Shown here piece by piece: positions 61,805 through 64,000 of a stretch of 64,000 nt of DNA. The DNA is from Octopus sinensis (Eukaryota). Both the position numbers and the translations under genes were made by a program. The notes under the pieces were generated by a model that had not been told where the DNA came from, did not search any database, and was given only the letters and a program-made list of their open reading frames with translations. The DNA lies in the NCBI RefSeq assembly GCF_006345805.1, contig NC_043022.1, positions 16,182,001-16,246,000 on the forward strand, read 5' to 3'. Numbering within the stretch: position 1 is the stretch's first letter; the number at the start of each line of letters is the position of its first letter.

Positions 61805-62186
61805 TGACTTGTTTCAGTCATTAGAATCTGGCCATGCTGGGGCACTGCCTTCAAGAAGTTTTAGTCAAATAAATCAATCCCGGTTCTTATTTTCTTTTTT
61901 AGGCTAGGTACTTATTCTATCAGTCTTTTTTGCCAAACCACTAAGTTATGGGGACATAAACACACCAACACTGGTTGTCAAACAGTGGTGGGAGACAGAC
62001 ACTGATACAAAGACACACACACACACACACATGATGGGCTTCTTCCAGTTTCTGCCTAACAGATCCACTCACAAGGTTTTGCTCAACCCAGGGCTATAGT
62101 AGAAGGCATTTGCCCCAAGTGCCATGCAGTGGGACTGAACCCAGAGTCATGTAATTGGGAAGTAAGCTTCTTACCACACAGCCACA
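61805..62186 (-). mobile_element. SINE family B, full length
   Basis: cttgtttcagtcattagaatctggccatgctggggcactgcc...gtgggactgaacccagag...cttcttaccacacagccac. Confidence 0.85.
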
Positions 62187-62984
62187 GTCAAGGTGCCTGA
62201 CTCTTGTTGTCTTAGTCCACCTGTTTATTCTCAGTCACTGACCAGCTCTCCTTGATCATTTTTTAAGCCATCTTTTTATCAATTGCACTATTCACCCCAC
62301 CCCACCCCACGTTTCACACTAAACATTTTGCCAAGCACTACTAAGACATTTCAAATTCTTTGGCATATTACAATATTTTTCCTTACCCACCTTTTTTTTT
62401 TTTCCTTTAAATATTGATAAAAGTGAAATTCATAAGGCTGCAGAAGAAAAAAAGTAACTTTATTTGAACTTAAATTTACTTTGCAGTTGAATGATTGTGT
62501 TACAACAAAGGCTTTGTGATTTTCTTTTTTAAATTTGCAGAACTATCCCTATCATTCTAGCATGGAGATTACAATTTAAAAAAATTAATAATAAATAAAG
62601 TAATTCTTTCAAGTTATATGTTTGCAAAAGTTTGAATTTTTGTTCAGTAGGCTGAAAATTTAAAAATAGAAACATTTGATTTTAGGTTTTCTCTAAAAAG
62701 AAAAATGAAGCAATTTGTTGCTTCATTTTTTTAGATTACCAATTTTTTTTAGTTCTTCAATTCAAATACTTTGTTAAAACATATTATTCTGACAAAGTAA
62801 TTCATCCTTGAAAACCTCTCCAACACTTAACAGAGTTGCAGAGTTGTACAAGGTTTGTCTGGTTACCGATGAGTTCAAATCAGAGTACCCCATAGGAAAG
62901 GGAAGGGGGTCTATAGGGAAGCTGTACTATTGTGGAAAGGATAAGTTTTGATGTAGTTCTTGAGCCTCAGATCGACCCTTATTC

Positions 62985-63105
62985 CTTACCACTCCAAGCA
63001 GTGCAACTAGGACCATATTCTTCAATGTGCTCTTTCCATTTTAAGGTGGCAGGGTGTGATTCATTGAAGATTTAGCTGTTATTTCTAGGAGGTTGAGTGA
63101 CTGTT
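62985..63105 (-). mobile_element. Family D repeat
   Basis: ctaggaccatattcttcaatgtgctctttccattttaaggtggcagggtgtgatt...gatttagctgttatttctaggaggttgagtgac. Confidence 0.55.
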
Positions 63106-63370
63106 TATAGAGGGGGTCCCAATCTTTTCCCCTCCAAAGATCCCTTTTATTTAAATGAATTTTTCCATGGTCCCGAGGCTTTTGAGAGTTCTACCTATTC
63201 CTCACAAACCGTCAGTAGTTCTTTTGTTGTTCCCCAAGGGTTCTCAGACCCTAGATTATGAATCACTAACATAGAGGCAACCCTTTGAGATATTTGTTAT
63301 TTTGCAAGGTGTAGGCATGACTCTGATTGAAAAGTTTAGTTCCCTTGTTCTTACACAATATACCTACTGG

Positions 63371-63602
63371 TATATTGAAAGGCGGCGAGCTGGCAGAAAC
63401 ATTAAGCATGCCGGGCGAAATGCGTTGCCGTATTTCGTCTGCCGTTACGTTCCGAGTTCAAATTCCACCGAGGTCGACTTTGCCTTTCATCCTTCCGGGG
63501 TCGATAAATTAAGTACCAGTTGCGCACTGGGGTCGATGTAATCGACTTAATCCGTTTGTCTGTCTCCTCTGTGTTTAGCCCCTTGTGGGTAGTAAAGAAA
63601 TA
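63371..63602 (+). mobile_element. SINE family A, very young, with 14-bp TSD
   Basis: TSD aatatacctactgg at 63357-63370 and 63603-63616. CpG-rich and colinear with 2875-3106. Confidence 0.92.
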
Positions 63603-64000
63603 AATATACCTACTGGCAAGTTACAGTCAAAACTATTGAGCTTGTATGAAAATGCCAGAAATTGCCAAAGTGTCTGGAAGGATCTCCAGGCCTCACAGTA
63701 CCATGTAACTCCGTGTGTCTCCTGACCATAAAACATCATTCCAGATGCTTGCACTGCATCATGACACAATGTTGACACCTCCGCCAGTTGTCCTCATTGG
63801 TTTCCTGTCCCCAACTTTGAGGTTGTGGAGTTGAAGGTTATTTATTTCTTCCATGTTTCCTTTGAACAAATAAAAGCATGCCATGAAATATACATAGACA
63901 CACATATTTAATGTGTATGTGCACACATTATTGAATGGCTGTTGGCTTACCTGAATTTACCTTCCTCTTGTTTCTCATCCTGCTGGGTATCCACAGTCAC

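Noticed and set aside
1-64000. Conserved bilaterian miRNA genes
   Set aside because: No mature sequence I recall (let-7, miR-9, miR-100, miR-124, miR-1175 etc.) was spotted. This by-eye check is not exhaustive and cannot exclude cephalopod-specific miRNAs.

Overview
AT-rich (roughly one-third GC by eye), repeat-dense eukaryotic DNA. The SINE, LINE and microsatellite landscape matches what I recall for Octopus (coleoid cephalopod); this is inferred from repeat families only, not from a search. I found no credible cellular protein-coding exon, rRNA, true tRNA gene or CRISPR array, so the window looks intronic or intergenic. Most ORF-track entries are SINE or microsatellite read-throughs. Identifiable content: (i) many tRNA-derived SINEs, labelled here with my own working letters A (Meta-like domain), B and B2 (CORE-like), C and E; (ii) RTE- and CR1-clade LINE fossils; (iii) a hAT (Buster/Charlie-like) transposase fossil, a mariner deletion derivative, a Helitron-like element and a piggyBac-like MITE family; (iv) a near-identical ~820-bp tandem duplication. 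The most interesting signal is a gap-free 229-bp palindrome (18152-18380). Its right arm carries a minimal type I hammerhead ribozyme with an intact catalytic core and a self-complementary helix III, as in Penelope-like elements and retrozymes, and its left arm carries a decayed mirror copy. A second, apparently related palindrome lies 1.3 kb downstream (19641-19766). The first palindrome lies inside a 2.26-kb segment bracketed by a 43-bp direct repeat. Repeat boundaries are approximate (about 10-20 bp) unless a TSD or terminal motif is quoted.
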